Assembly (NCBI GenBank): GCA_027593235.1
Contig: JAQCIU010000022.1
Coordinates: 1-53,126, forward strand
Source of the DNA: Chloroflexota bacterium
Lineage (GTDB): Bacteria; Chloroflexota; Dehalococcoidia; UBA2979
DNA length: 53,126 nt
Direction of reading: 5' to 3'
The notes under the pieces are model-generated. The model saw only the letters and a list, made by a program, of their open reading frames with translations. It was not told where the DNA came from and ran no database searches. The translations under genes and the position numbers were made by a program. Below are positions 8,076 to 18,032 of this stretch, one piece after another; position 1 is the first letter of the stretch, and every line of letters starts with the position of its first letter.

Positions 8076-10361
8076 TTATCCGCCCGCGCTTGCCTCGCCC
8101 AGCGCCCCGGCCTGTCGCAGCTCGTCGATCGCCGCGTCCGACAGCCCGACCAGCTCGCGCAGCACCTCGACGTTGTCGCTTCCGAGGCGTGGCGCGCGCT
8201 CGAGGAGCCGCGTGCCGCCCTCCCAGCGCCACGGGAGGCCGACCATCGCCCGTGCCTCGCCGTCCTCACCGAGGACCGACTCGTAGAACCCCCGTGCCCA
8301 GAGGTGCTCGTCCTCGAACAGCATCGTCGCGTCCAGCGACGCGGCAGCCGGCACGCCGGCCGCCTGCAGCTCCGCTGCGGCCGCGGGCGCGTCGCGCCCG
8401 CGCGTCCACTCCGCGATCGCGACATCGAGGTCGCTCGCCCGTCCGCGTCGCTCCGCCAGCGAGAGCGCCGAGGCGCCCTCGAGACCATCGGTCGCGCGGC
8501 AGAGTCGTTGCCACTGCTCGTCGGTGGTCACGGCAATCGCGACCCATTGGTCCTTCCCGGTCACCGGGTAGACATCGTGCGGGTAAAAGTCGCGCGAGCT
8601 GTTCCCGAGGCGGCGCGGCATCGTGCCGTCGCGTTGCGCCTCGAGCAGTGTTCCCGGCATCGCCCAGATCAGCGACTCCGACATCGCGAGGTCAATGTGA
8701 CGCCCTCGGCCGGTGCGTTCGCGCGCGGCCAGCGCGGCGGTCGCCGCGAAGGGGAGCAGCATCCCGAGTACGGGGTCGGACCAGGCGAAGCCGGTCACCG
8801 GCAGCCGCTCCTCGTAGCCATTCAGGTCAGCAAAGCCGGCGAAGCACTGCACGAGCGTCCCGTAGGCGACCGCGCCGGCGTCCGGCCCGGTCCGTCCGAG
8901 GCCCGAGGCCGACAGCAGGATCACGTCCTCCCGCAGCCCTCGAAGCACGTCGTAGCCAAGCCCGAGCCGTTCGAGGGCGCCCGTCGCGAAGTTCTCGACC
9001 ACGATGTCGCTCTGCGCCGCAAGCTTGCGCACCGCCTCGAGGCCGCCCGGCGCCTTGAGGTCGATCGCCACGTCGCGTTTGCCGCGACCGAGCACCGCGT
9101 GCAGCTCGCTGCGGTGGCCCGGGTCGGGGCGGCCCGGGGCCTCGACCTTGACCACGTCGGCGCCGAGGGCGGCCAGATACCGCGTCGTGGTCGGTCCGGC
9201 GATCACCCACGACAGGTCGAGCACGCGGATGCCGCTGAGCGGCAGCGGGCCACGCGCCGCTCGAGGTGTGCGCGGCTCACGAGGCGTGAACGCCGCCTCG
9301 GAGGGCGGGGAGGCCCGGTAGTCGCTCTCAGCGAGCCCGAACAGCCCTCGGGGTACTCGGGCGCTCTCGGCTCCGTCGAGGGCGCGTAGGAAGTCCCTGG
9401 CGGCGATCTGCGGCTCGTTGAGGATGTCGAGCGGGCCGTTCACGGCGAAGCAAGGGACGTGGACAGCCTGCGCCGCGGCGGCAAGCTCGGCCTTCGTCCA
9501 CTCCCGGGTCCAACTCGACATAAACGGAATCAACTCATCGGCGTGTTGCAGTCGGTTGGCGTGCGTCGCGAAATGAGGGGCGGAAGCCCAATCTGGCGAG
9601 CCCATGAGGGCGATCCACTGGACCCACTGGTGTTCTTCACGCGGGGAAGCGGCGACATAACCATCGCTCGTGGGCAGGATGTACGACGCACCGAGGACAT
9701 CCGCGCGCTTCTCGCGGGAGAGCGACAGCATCCCGTAGCCGGGCATCGAGTGCTCCCGCGCCGGCAGGATCGCCATCGCCTCCTGTGCCGAAATATCGAG
9801 GTCGACGCCCGCTCCCGAGGCCTCGCGTGCGTAGAGCGCCTGCATCGCCGCGCAGGCGGCAGCGATTCCCGCGATGAACTCCGACTGCTCGCCGGCGGCA
9901 CGCACGGGCGGTTCGACCTCGGCGTTCTCGACCGGGCCGAGGAGCAGGCGCGCGACGCCGCTGGACTGGAAGCTAACGAGGTCGCCGCCGAGCCAGTCGC
10001 GGTGCGGCCCGGTCAGCCCAAACGGCGTGATCGCCACGATCACCGCCGTCGGCGCGTGCACACGGAGCTGCTCCGGCAGCCACCCGCGGTCCTCGAGGTC
10101 GCGCGGCTGTCCGGCGACGATCACGAGGTCGGCTTCGCCGACGAGGGTCTCGAGATCTGCGAGGCTTACTTCGCGCTTGAGCGCGTCGGTCACCTCGCGA
10201 GCGAGTTGGGCCTCGCGACTGGCGGGTGGCCGCTCGGCCTCCGGGAGCCGGAGCTGCAGCACCTCGGCGCCCAGCTCGGCGAACATCCGGCCGCAGACGG
10301 ACGCGGCGAGTGGCTCGCCGATTTCGAGGACGCGCAGGCCATCCAGCAGCGGTGTGCTCAT
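8076..10361 (-). CDS. Fused two-domain family III CoA-transferase
   Basis: Two CaiB repeats (LDGLRVLEIG...; PLSGIRVLDLSWVIAGP...). N-terminal copy has QSEFIAG, C-terminal copy has WSDPVLG with the Asp. Confidence 0.9.
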   Translation of the reverse strand: MSTPLLDGLRVLEIGEPLAASVCGRMFAELGAEVLQLRLPEAERPPASREAQLAREVTDALKREVSLADLETLVGEADLVIVAGQPRDLEDRGWLPEQLRVHAPTAVIVAITPFGLTGPHRDWLGGDLVSFQSSGVARLLLGPVENAEVEPPVRAAGEQSEFIAGIAAACAAMQALYAREASGAGVDLDISAQEAMAILPAREHSMPGYGMLSLSREKRADVLGASYILPTSDGYVAASPREEHQWVQWIALMGSPDWASAPHFATHANRLQHADELIPFMSSWTREWTKAELAAAAQAVHVPCFAVNGPLDILNEPQIAARDFLRALDGAESARVPRGLFGLAESDYRASPPSEAAFTPREPRTPRAARGPLPLSGIRVLDLSWVIAGPTTTRYLAALGADVVKVEAPGRPDPGHRSELHAVLGRGKRDVAIDLKAPGGLEAVRKLAAQSDIVVENFATGALERLGLGYDVLRGLREDVILLSASGLGRTGPDAGAVAYGTLVQCFAGFADLNGYEERLPVTGFAWSDPVLGMLLPFAATAALAARERTGRGRHIDLAMSESLIWAMPGTLLEAQRDGTMPRRLGNSSRDFYPHDVYPVTGKDQWVAIAVTTDEQWQRLCRATDGLEGASALSLAERRGRASDLDVAIAEWTRGRDAPAAAAELQAAGVPAAASLDATMLFEDEHLWARGFYESVLGEDGEARAMVGLPWRWEGGTRLLERAPRLGSDNVEVLRELVGLSDAAIDELRQAGALGEASAGG

Positions 10362-10475
10362 TCGCGCTCCAGTCCTGACAGCTTCGCGAGTTTACCGGCG
10401 CACTTCCGCAGACGCCGCGAACCGCTATCGTGCGGGTATCGAGCGCCGACCGAAACGATTGCGAGCCGACCAACC

Positions 10476-11252
10476 ATGCCAGACCTGATCTACGAGAAGC
10501 GCGACCGCTACGCCATCTTCACGATGAACCGCCCGGAGCGACTGAATGCGCTTGGCGGTGCGATGGACGCCGAACTGAGCGAGGCGCTCCTCGATTTCAA
10601 CGCCGACCCGCAGATGCGTGCGGGGATCGTGACCGGCACCGGCCGCGCGTTCAGCGCCGGCGCGGACCTCAAGGAGATGAACGAGCGCAACCAGGCGCGC
10701 GGGGATGCACCTCGAGAGACCGGGTACAACCTCAACTCCGCCATGCGCCTGGCGAAGAGCCCGAAGCCGTTCATCGCCGCGATCAACGGACTCTGCATCG
10801 CCGGTGGTCTCGAGCGTGCGCTCGACTGCGACATCCGAATCGCCTCGGAAGATGCGTTCTTCGGTCTGTTCGAGGTGAAGCGCGGCATCCTCGCCGGCTA
10901 CGCGATCCACCACCTGGCGCGCCTGATCCCGATGGGCGACGCGATGTACATCCTGCTCACCGGCGATCGCATCTCGGCCGAGGAGGCGCTGCGCTGCGGC
11001 CTCGTGCGCGAGCTACTACCGACGGAGCGTGTCGTGCCGAGGGCGATCGAGATTGCCGAGCTGATCGCCGCCAACGCACCGCTCTCGGTTGAGGGCACGA
11101 AGGCGATCGTTCAGCAGTGGCGACAGCAGCAGCTCGACGAGTCATACCGCCTCGGCGACTGGGTCGGCCGTGCCGTCCTCAACTCCGAGGACGCGAAGGA
11201 AGGCCCGCGCGCCTTCTCGGAGAAGCGCGAGCCCAACTGGCAGGGCAAGTAG
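10476..11252 (+). CDS. Enoyl-CoA hydratase (crotonase) with both catalytic Glu residues
   Basis: AFSAGADLKE, AGGLE, FGLFEVKRG, EGPRAFSEKR. Confidence 0.9.
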   Translation: MPDLIYEKRDRYAIFTMNRPERLNALGGAMDAELSEALLDFNADPQMRAGIVTGTGRAFSAGADLKEMNERNQARGDAPRETGYNLNSAMRLAKSPKPFIAAINGLCIAGGLERALDCDIRIASEDAFFGLFEVKRGILAGYAIHHLARLIPMGDAMYILLTGDRISAEEALRCGLVRELLPTERVVPRAIEIAELIAANAPLSVEGTKAIVQQWRQQQLDESYRLGDWVGRAVLNSEDAKEGPRAFSEKREPNWQGK

Positions 11253-11263
11253 CGCTGAGGCGG

Positions 11264-12097
11264 CTAGACCGTCTCGATCGTGTCCTTGGCGGCAGCCGCT
11301 TTCGAGGTCGTTCCGGACACCCGTGCGGCGACGGCGCGGAGCTCCGCCATCTGCTCCTGCATCGCGATCTGCATCAGCCGCGCATCGCTGCTGTGCATCA
11401 CGAAGCGCGCGCCCAGCTCGATCGCCGTCGTCGAGGTGTCCAGCGTCTGCTGGTGAATCATCACCGGCACGTTGTGCGCCTCGGACTGCTTGATCACGCC
11501 CTTGATCACGTCGAGGTAGCGCGGGTTCGTGACCTCATCCGGGATGCCGAGTGAAGTGGTCATGTCGTTCGGCCCGATGAAGATGCCGTCGATGCCGCCC
11601 ACGTTGAGAATCGACTCCAGCCGCTCGTAGGCCGGCTCGCTCTCGATGCCGACGATGATGATGCTCTCCGCGTGCCGCGCTTCGAGGTATGCCTTCGTCT
11701 TGTCGCTCGGGAGCACGCCTTCGTGGACCGCACGCTTGAGGTATTCGCCCTTGAGCGGGTGCCACTTCGCCGTGGCGACGCACTCCTGCACCTCCTCGAC
11801 GGTCTCGCAGTAGGGGACGAGGACGCCGGCCGCGCCGGCATCGAGGGCCATCGCGACCCACTCCGCCTTCGGGACGGGGACGCGGACGATCGGTACGACC
11901 TCGGCGTCGCGGAGCATCCGACACAGCTCCTGGATCTCCTTGCGGTCGCGCGAGCCGTGCTCGCTGTCGATCACCACGAAGTCCATGGTCGAACCGGCGA
12001 GCGCGGACCGGAACCGCGTCGTCCCCATCGCGGAGAGCATGCAGCCGAACACCATGCCTCCATCCGAGAGCCGCTGCTTCAGCGCCACGCCGTCCAT
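11264..12097 (-). CDS. HpcH/HpaI family metal-dependent pyruvate aldolase
   Basis: FVVIDSEHG, PIVRVP, ALDAGAAGVLVP, GIES, IFIGPND. Start at ATG after GGAGAT (alternative 12109). Confidence 0.88.
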   Translation of the reverse strand: MDGVALKQRLSDGGMVFGCMLSAMGTTRFRSALAGSTMDFVVIDSEHGSRDRKEIQELCRMLRDAEVVPIVRVPVPKAEWVAMALDAGAAGVLVPYCETVEEVQECVATAKWHPLKGEYLKRAVHEGVLPSDKTKAYLEARHAESIIIVGIESEPAYERLESILNVGGIDGIFIGPNDMTTSLGIPDEVTNPRYLDVIKGVIKQSEAHNVPVMIHQQTLDTSTTAIELGARFVMHSSDARLMQIAMQEQMAELRAVAARVSGTTSKAAAAKDTIETV

Positions 12098-12219
12098 CTG
12101 ATCTCCCATCGCATGCCTCGAGGTCGTCGTTCGTCTGGTCAACATACCGATATCCGGAGCGCCTCGCGGCCTGCCTATACTCGCGGCGACCGAGGCGTCC
12201 GAACGAACGAGGTATCCCG

Positions 12220-13077
12220 ATGACCGAGCCCTACGCCCCCGCGGCGGCGATGAACTACGAGACGATCCAGGTCGAACGCGACGGTCGTGTCGGCATCGTC
12301 CGCTGGAACCGTCCGGATCGTCTCAACGCGTTCAACCAGACGATGTATGCCGAATGGATCGAGGCGTACGACGCCTTCAACTCCGACCCGGGCATCGGCG
12401 CCGTGGTCGCCACCGGGAACGGTCGCGCCTACAGCTCGGGCGCCGACATCGGTGGCTTCGAGCGCAGCTTCAGCGGCGGCGAAGCGCCAGTCGAGAAGGA
12501 GCCGCCGCACGCGCCGTTTGCGCCCTGGTACATGGCCGAAGGGAAGCCGACGATCGCCGCCGTCAACGGTGTTGCGGTCGGTATCGGCTTCACCTCGATC
12601 CTCTGGATGGACAACATCATCGCCTCGACGGAGGGCCGCTTTTCCGCACGCTTCGCGGCGATCGGCTTGACGCCGGAGCTATCGAGTTCATGGCTGCTGC
12701 CGCGCCTGATCGGCCTCCAGCGCGCGAAGGAGATGATGCTCACCGGCCGCATCTGGAGCGCCGAGGAGACACGCGACCTCGGGCTCATCCGCGAGGTCGT
12801 CGAGCCAGAGGATCTGCTGCCGACCGCGATCGCCCAGGCGGCAGCGATCGCGAACAACCCGGACACGTCACTGCGCGTCATCAAGCGAATGATGATGGAA
12901 GACCTGCTGTCCACAGACCTCACCACGATCGAGCGTCGATCCAGCGAGAATTTCGGGACCGGCCGCAAGAGCCCGGAGCACCGCGAGGCGCTGCTCGCCC
13001 TGAAGGAGAAGCGCCCCCCGCGTTACCAGGACGTCGAGTACATGGCGGAGATCGCGGCCGACCTCGCGACGAACTAG
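12220..13077 (+). CDS. Crotonase family protein (isomerase-like, single acidic residue in LTPE)
   Basis: AYSSGADI, KPTIAAVNGVAVGIG, IGLTPELSSSWLLPRLIG. Confidence 0.88.
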   Translation: MTEPYAPAAAMNYETIQVERDGRVGIVRWNRPDRLNAFNQTMYAEWIEAYDAFNSDPGIGAVVATGNGRAYSSGADIGGFERSFSGGEAPVEKEPPHAPFAPWYMAEGKPTIAAVNGVAVGIGFTSILWMDNIIASTEGRFSARFAAIGLTPELSSSWLLPRLIGLQRAKEMMLTGRIWSAEETRDLGLIREVVEPEDLLPTAIAQAAAIANNPDTSLRVIKRMMMEDLLSTDLTTIERRSSENFGTGRKSPEHREALLALKEKRPPRYQDVEYMAEIAADLATN

Positions 13078-13112
13078 CTCACGAGGCGTGCCATCGCCTG
13101 GGGATCCTCGCG

Positions 13113-13934
13113 TTACGTCCCGGTGAACTCCGGATCGCGACGCTCGATGAAGCTGCTGAAGCCCTCGCCGGCGTCGTTCGTCTTGAGCAGTTGGGCCTGC
13201 GCCATCCACTCGCGATCGAGGAACATGCCACGCTCGATGTTGTCGACCGACTCGAGGATCAACCGTCGGACGCCGGTGTAGCCCATCGGTGGCCCCGCCG
13301 CGATCTTTGCGGCGTAGGCCATCACTTCGTCCATGAGCTGATCGTCCGGAACGACCCGGTTCGCGAGCCCGAGTTCGAGGGCGCGCGCGGAGTCGATCAC
13401 GTTGCCGTCGTAGAATAGCTCGAATGCCTTCGATACTCCGACGATCCGAGGCAACCAGTACGCGGCGCCGTAGTCCGCGGCGACGCCGCGCTTGATGAAA
13501 ATCGATCCGATGCGGGCTGACTCGGCAAAGATGCGCACGTCGCAGCAAAGGGCGATGCCGAAGCCGCCGCCGGCGGCGACGCCGTTGATCGCGCCGATGA
13601 TCGGCACGTCCGAGTTGGCGAATGCCAGTGCCGCCTCGGCTGAGCCGGCGCGCCCGTTCATCCGGTCGTACCGCGATCGTGCCGGACCCGTGCCCGTGGC
13701 GCCTGCGCTGCCGACACCCGCGGGCGCGCGTTCCGCGGAGACCTCGGCGCCGGCGCAGAAGGCGCGACCGTTGCCGGTCAGCACCATCACCCGCACGTCG
13801 TCGTCCTCGGAGGCGCGTTTGATCGCGCCAATCAGGCCCGAGGTCAGCTCGGCGCTCAGCGAGTTCATCTTCTCGGGACGGTTCAGCGTGGCGACGAGGA
13901 TCCCGTCGTTCACCTCGACTTCGATGTCTGCCAT
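13113..13934 (-). CDS. Crotonase family protein (PaaG-like, Asp in VAAD)
   Basis: AFCAGA, PIIGAINGVAAGGG, FIKRGVAADYGAAYWLPRIVG. Confidence 0.88.
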   Translation of the reverse strand: MADIEVEVNDGILVATLNRPEKMNSLSAELTSGLIGAIKRASEDDDVRVMVLTGNGRAFCAGAEVSAERAPAGVGSAGATGTGPARSRYDRMNGRAGSAEAALAFANSDVPIIGAINGVAAGGGFGIALCCDVRIFAESARIGSIFIKRGVAADYGAAYWLPRIVGVSKAFELFYDGNVIDSARALELGLANRVVPDDQLMDEVMAYAAKIAAGPPMGYTGVRRLILESVDNIERGMFLDREWMAQAQLLKTNDAGEGFSSFIERRDPEFTGT

Positions 13935-14020
13935 GTCGCTGTGCTCCTCGCTTGGCCGGTGGTAGCCAACACCCTACAACCGAACGCCGTTCGATTTCAG
14001 CGCGTTCACGCTCACCAGAG

Positions 14021-15025
14021 CTACAGGCGCAGCTCGCTGGAGTGACCGGGGAAGAGCTTGGACTCGGGGTTGATGTGCTTCACGGCGGCGTTTGCGGCGA
14101 TCGCCGCCTCGCCGAAGCCGGTTACGATCAGGCTCAACGGCTCGGAGCCCTCGACCGATGAGATGTCGCCGGCGGCGAACACGCCCGGCAGGTTGGTCTC
14201 CATGTAGCCGTTCACGCGGATGTGCCGCGGGTCGGCGAGTTCGAGGCCCCAGTCAAGCATCGGCCCGAGTGAGGCCTTGAACCCTAGGCTCATCAGCACG
14301 ATATCCACGTCAAGGACGCGCTCCTCGTTGGTCTGGTTCTGCACGATCCGGGCCCGCTGAACGGTCCCGTTGCCGCTGACTTCCGCCAGCTCCCAGTGGG
14401 TCAGCATCGGGATCTCGGTCGTGCCCAGCTCGGCAAGGCTGGCCTCGTGAGCGCGGAACTCGTTGCGGCGGTGAATCAGCGTGATCTCATCCGCCCAACT
14501 GTGGAGATTGAGACACCAGTCGACCGCCGTGTCGCCGCCCCCGACGATCAGTACGCGCTTGTGCCGGAACGGCCGCCGGTCCTGTACGAAGTAAAAGACG
14601 CCGTTGCCCTCGAACTCCGCCAGCCCCGGCTTGTCGAGCTTGTTCGGCGCAAACGCGCCGATGCCCGCCGAGATCAGCAGCGCACGCGTCCGGTGCTCGC
14701 CGTTGGCGGTTCCGAGGACCCAGACCGGCTCGTCCCCGGATTCGTCGCGCGTCAGCGTGTCGACCGCCTCGTTGTAGACGTACGTCGGACCGAAACGCTC
14801 GTTCTGCTCCATCAGCAACTTCACGAGGTCGCGCGCCATCACGTGCGGGTGCCCGGGGACGTCGTAGATCATCTTCTCCGGGTAGAGCACCGCAAGCTGG
14901 CCGCCCGGCTCGGGCAGCGCCTCGATCACCTTCGTCTTCAGGCTCCGCAGTCCGGCATAGAACGCACCGAATAGCCCGGTCGGCCCGGCCCCGATGATGG
15001 TGAAGTCGTAGATCTCGCTCGGCAT
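14021..15025 (-). CDS. Thioredoxin-reductase-like ferredoxin--NADP(+) reductase (YumC type)
   Basis: IIGAGPTG, GGQLAVLYPEKMIYDVPG, GGGDTAVDW, C-terminal FPGHSS; no CxxC. Confidence 0.9.
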   Translation of the reverse strand: MPSEIYDFTIIGAGPTGLFGAFYAGLRSLKTKVIEALPEPGGQLAVLYPEKMIYDVPGHPHVMARDLVKLLMEQNERFGPTYVYNEAVDTLTRDESGDEPVWVLGTANGEHRTRALLISAGIGAFAPNKLDKPGLAEFEGNGVFYFVQDRRPFRHKRVLIVGGGDTAVDWCLNLHSWADEITLIHRRNEFRAHEASLAELGTTEIPMLTHWELAEVSGNGTVQRARIVQNQTNEERVLDVDIVLMSLGFKASLGPMLDWGLELADPRHIRVNGYMETNLPGVFAAGDISSVEGSEPLSLIVTGFGEAAIAANAAVKHINPESKLFPGHSSELRL

Positions 15026-15120
15026 TGCAACGCTCCTCGGTCCCGCCGGTCGAGCGTCGCACACGAGGCGCGTCCAGACATCTCGGCTCGGTGAATCGTC
15101 GGCGAGCGTTGCGCTCCCCG

Positions 15121-16266
15121 TCAGCGACTCGCGAGGAACTCCAGCAGCAGCCGTGCCACCTCGTCCGCCTGTTCCTGCTGTACCCAGTGCCCGGCGCCTT
15201 CGAGGAGGTGCACGCCTCGGAAGTCGCTGCAGGCAGCCGACTGCATCCGTTCGAGGTTGCCCGGGCGCTGGCGGACGCCCCAGTCACTGGCGCCGCTGAC
15301 GAACATCGAGGGCACCTCGATCGTTCGGCCGGAGAACAGCAGGAGCTCCGCACCCGTGACGGCACCGGCGCGGTACCACTGGAGGCCACCCTGGAAGCCC
15401 GTGCGACCGTACTCGCCGCTGTAGACGTGCAACTCGTCCTCGGTCAGCCACGCGCACGCCTCGATCGCCTCGCGTGAGGGCATCTCGGCTGCGACCGTCT
15501 CAGCCATGCCCATGTCGAGGTCCATGACGTAGTAGGTCGGCAGTTGCGACACCGCCTCGGCAGTCCACGCTCCGAGGGCGAACGGCCGGTTGTCCGGCCA
15601 GTCGGCGCTCTTCGCGTGGTAGTAGGCGCGCAGGAAGTCGTGCACGCCCTGCGGCGCGCGCCACATGTTCTCGTTCGCCTCGCGCGTCGAGTAGTAGCGC
15701 TGGTAGTGACGCCGCGGCCGCGGCAGCTTCGCCAGCGCCTCGTGGATGTCGAGGTCCGCCGGTTGGCCCGAGGCGTCTCGATCGGCGGTGTCGAACGGGA
15801 ACGCCGGCGGCCCGCCGAACGGCGCGCTCATCAGCGCCACGCTCCGGAACACGTCCGGACGCGTCAGCGCGCACCACGCCGCCACCGGCGACCCGAAGTC
15901 GTGCCCAACCACCGCCGCCACCTCGCGCCGTCCGAGGGCCGACACCAACCCGAGCGCGTCGCGTACGAGGTTGAGCATCCCGTACGCGCGCAGGTCGCCG
16001 TCGTAGTCGCCGTCCCAGCCCGTCGTCCGGCCATAGCCACGCTGGTCCGGCGCGACGACGTGGTAGCCGGCCGCGGCGAGCGGCGGCAGCAGCTTGCGCC
16101 AGCTGTAGGCCAGCTCGGGGAAGCCGTGCAGCAGCAGGACAAGCGGGCGGTCGGATTCCTCGAAACCAGCTTCGAGGATGTGCATCGTCAGGCCGTTGCC
16201 GTTCGGCACCGTCCGCGACCGGATACCCGGTGGAAGCGTCCCCGCGCCGTACTCGACCGTGCTCAC
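15121..16266 (-). CDS. Alpha/beta-fold epoxide hydrolase
   Basis: HGFPELAYSWR, APDQRGYG, nucleophile GHDFG, GHWVQQE. Confidence 0.88.
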   Translation of the reverse strand: MSTVEYGAGTLPPGIRSRTVPNGNGLTMHILEAGFEESDRPLVLLLHGFPELAYSWRKLLPPLAAAGYHVVAPDQRGYGRTTGWDGDYDGDLRAYGMLNLVRDALGLVSALGRREVAAVVGHDFGSPVAAWCALTRPDVFRSVALMSAPFGGPPAFPFDTADRDASGQPADLDIHEALAKLPRPRRHYQRYYSTREANENMWRAPQGVHDFLRAYYHAKSADWPDNRPFALGAWTAEAVSQLPTYYVMDLDMGMAETVAAEMPSREAIEACAWLTEDELHVYSGEYGRTGFQGGLQWYRAGAVTGAELLLFSGRTIEVPSMFVSGASDWGVRQRPGNLERMQSAACSDFRGVHLLEGAGHWVQQEQADEVARLLLEFLASR

Positions 16267-16268
16267 CG

Positions 16269-17951
16269 TTAGACGACCAGCCGTTCCTGGTACTCGCCGA
16301 ACGCCTCACGCATCACGCCGCAGATCTCGCCGAGCGTGCAGTAGGCGCGGACGGCCTCGATCAGTGCGGGCATCGTGTTTGTCTTGCCGTCGGCACAAAC
16401 CGCGCTGAGGCGCGTCAGCGCCTCGCTCGCTGCCTGCGAGTCGCGCTCGGCGCGGACGCGGTGCAGCCGATCGAGGTGCACCCGTTCGCCCGCCGGATCC
16501 ATCCGCAGGATCGGGATCTCGATCGGTTCGTCGATCTGGAACTCGTTCACACCCACGATGATTCGCTCACCGGTGTCGACCTCGCGCTGGAACGTGTAGG
16601 CCGCCTCGGCGATCTCGCGCTGCTGGAATCCACCCTCGAGCGCTGGGATCACGCCGCCGATGTCGTCGATCCGCTTGAAGTAGGAGTACGCGTCGCGCTC
16701 CATCTCGTTCGTCAGCGCCTCGACGAAGTAGGAGCCGCCCAGCGGGTCGACCGTGTTCACGACGCCGGTCTCGTGCATCAGCACCTGCTGGGTGCGCACC
16801 GCGAGCCGCGCCGCCTTGTCGCTGGGCAACGCCAGCGCCTCGTCCATCGCGTTGGTGTGCAGCGACTGCGTGCCACCGAGGATGCCCGACAGCGCCTGGA
16901 TCGCCACGCGCATCAGGTTCACCTCGGGCTGGACTCCGGGCAGCGATACGCCGGCGGTCTGCGTGTGGAAGCGCATCCACCACGAGCGTGGGTTCTTCGC
17001 GCCGAAGGTCTCCTTCATCTCGCGCGCCCAGATCCGGCGTGCGGCGCGGAATTTGGCGATCTCCTCGAAGAAGTCGGAGTGCGCGTTGAAGAAGAACGAC
17101 AGGCGCGGCGCGAAGTCGTCGACATCGAGGCCGCGGTCGATCGCCCAGCGCACGTACTCGAAGCCGTGCGCCAACGTGAACGCCAGCTCCTGCGCCGCCG
17201 TCGCTCCGGCTTCGCGCATGTGGTATCCGCTGACGCTAATCGAGTTCCAGCGCGGCATCTCCTGCGTCGCGAACTCGATCGTGTCGGTCACGAGGCGCAT
17301 CGACTCCTCGGGCGGGAAGAGGAACTCGTTCTGTGCCGCGTACTCCTTCAGGATGTCGTTCTGCAGCGTCCCACCGAGGCGTGCGCGCTCCACGCCCTGC
17401 TTCTCGGCGGTGACGATGTACATCGCCCAGATCACCGAGGCCGGCCCGTTGATCGTCATCGAGGTCGTGACCTCATCGAGCGGAATGTCCGCGAGCAGCA
17501 GCTCCATGTCGGCGAGCGAGGAGATCGCCACGCCGCACTTGCCGAACTCGCCGGCCGCCCATGGGTCATCGTGGTCGTAGCCCATCAGCGTGGGCATATC
17601 GAAGGCGATGCTCAGCCCGGTCTCACCGTGGGCGAGCAGGTCGCGGAAGCGCGCGTTGGTCTCTTCGGCGGTGCCGAAACCGGAGAAGATGCGGATCGTC
17701 CACGGCTTCCCGCGGTACCCGGTCGGGTGGACGCCGCGCGTGAACGGATACTCGCCGGGGTTGCCGAGGTCGCGCTCGTAGTCGAGCCCACCGTCGCCGA
17801 AGTCGGTTGGGCCGTAGAGCCGCTCGATCGGTTTCGAGGAGGTCGTGACGAAGGGCCCGGCGCTCTCTGTGCCGTCCGAGGCGACCCGTTCCTCCCAGGC
17901 CGCGCGTTGCGCGCGCAGGGAGTCGATTCCGTCGTTCGTCTCGTCAGCCAC
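16269..17951 (-). CDS. AdoCbl-dependent acyl-CoA mutase, substrate-binding large subunit (isobutyryl-CoA-mutase-like residues)
   Basis: [50 protein letters not shown]; no DxHxxG B12-binding domain. GTG start after GGAGG. Confidence 0.9.
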   Translation of the reverse strand: MADETNDGIDSLRAQRAAWEERVASDGTESAGPFVTTSSKPIERLYGPTDFGDGGLDYERDLGNPGEYPFTRGVHPTGYRGKPWTIRIFSGFGTAEETNARFRDLLAHGETGLSIAFDMPTLMGYDHDDPWAAGEFGKCGVAISSLADMELLLADIPLDEVTTSMTINGPASVIWAMYIVTAEKQGVERARLGGTLQNDILKEYAAQNEFLFPPEESMRLVTDTIEFATQEMPRWNSISVSGYHMREAGATAAQELAFTLAHGFEYVRWAIDRGLDVDDFAPRLSFFFNAHSDFFEEIAKFRAARRIWAREMKETFGAKNPRSWWMRFHTQTAGVSLPGVQPEVNLMRVAIQALSGILGGTQSLHTNAMDEALALPSDKAARLAVRTQQVLMHETGVVNTVDPLGGSYFVEALTNEMERDAYSYFKRIDDIGGVIPALEGGFQQREIAEAAYTFQREVDTGERIIVGVNEFQIDEPIEIPILRMDPAGERVHLDRLHRVRAERDSQAASEALTRLSAVCADGKTNTMPALIEAVRAYCTLGEICGVMREAFGEYQERLVV

Positions 17952-18032
17952 CACGTACCTCCGGGCCCTCGGCGGGCCCAGCTTACGCGCTGTAATGGCC
18001 TGAGGGTGCACGTTCCGGCACGGGGTGCGAGG

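Noticed and set aside
16269-17951. Ethylmalonyl-CoA mutase partner for mch/mcd, or methylmalonyl-CoA mutase
   Set aside because: It lacks the carboxylate-binding Tyr/Arg pair and a fused B12-binding domain.
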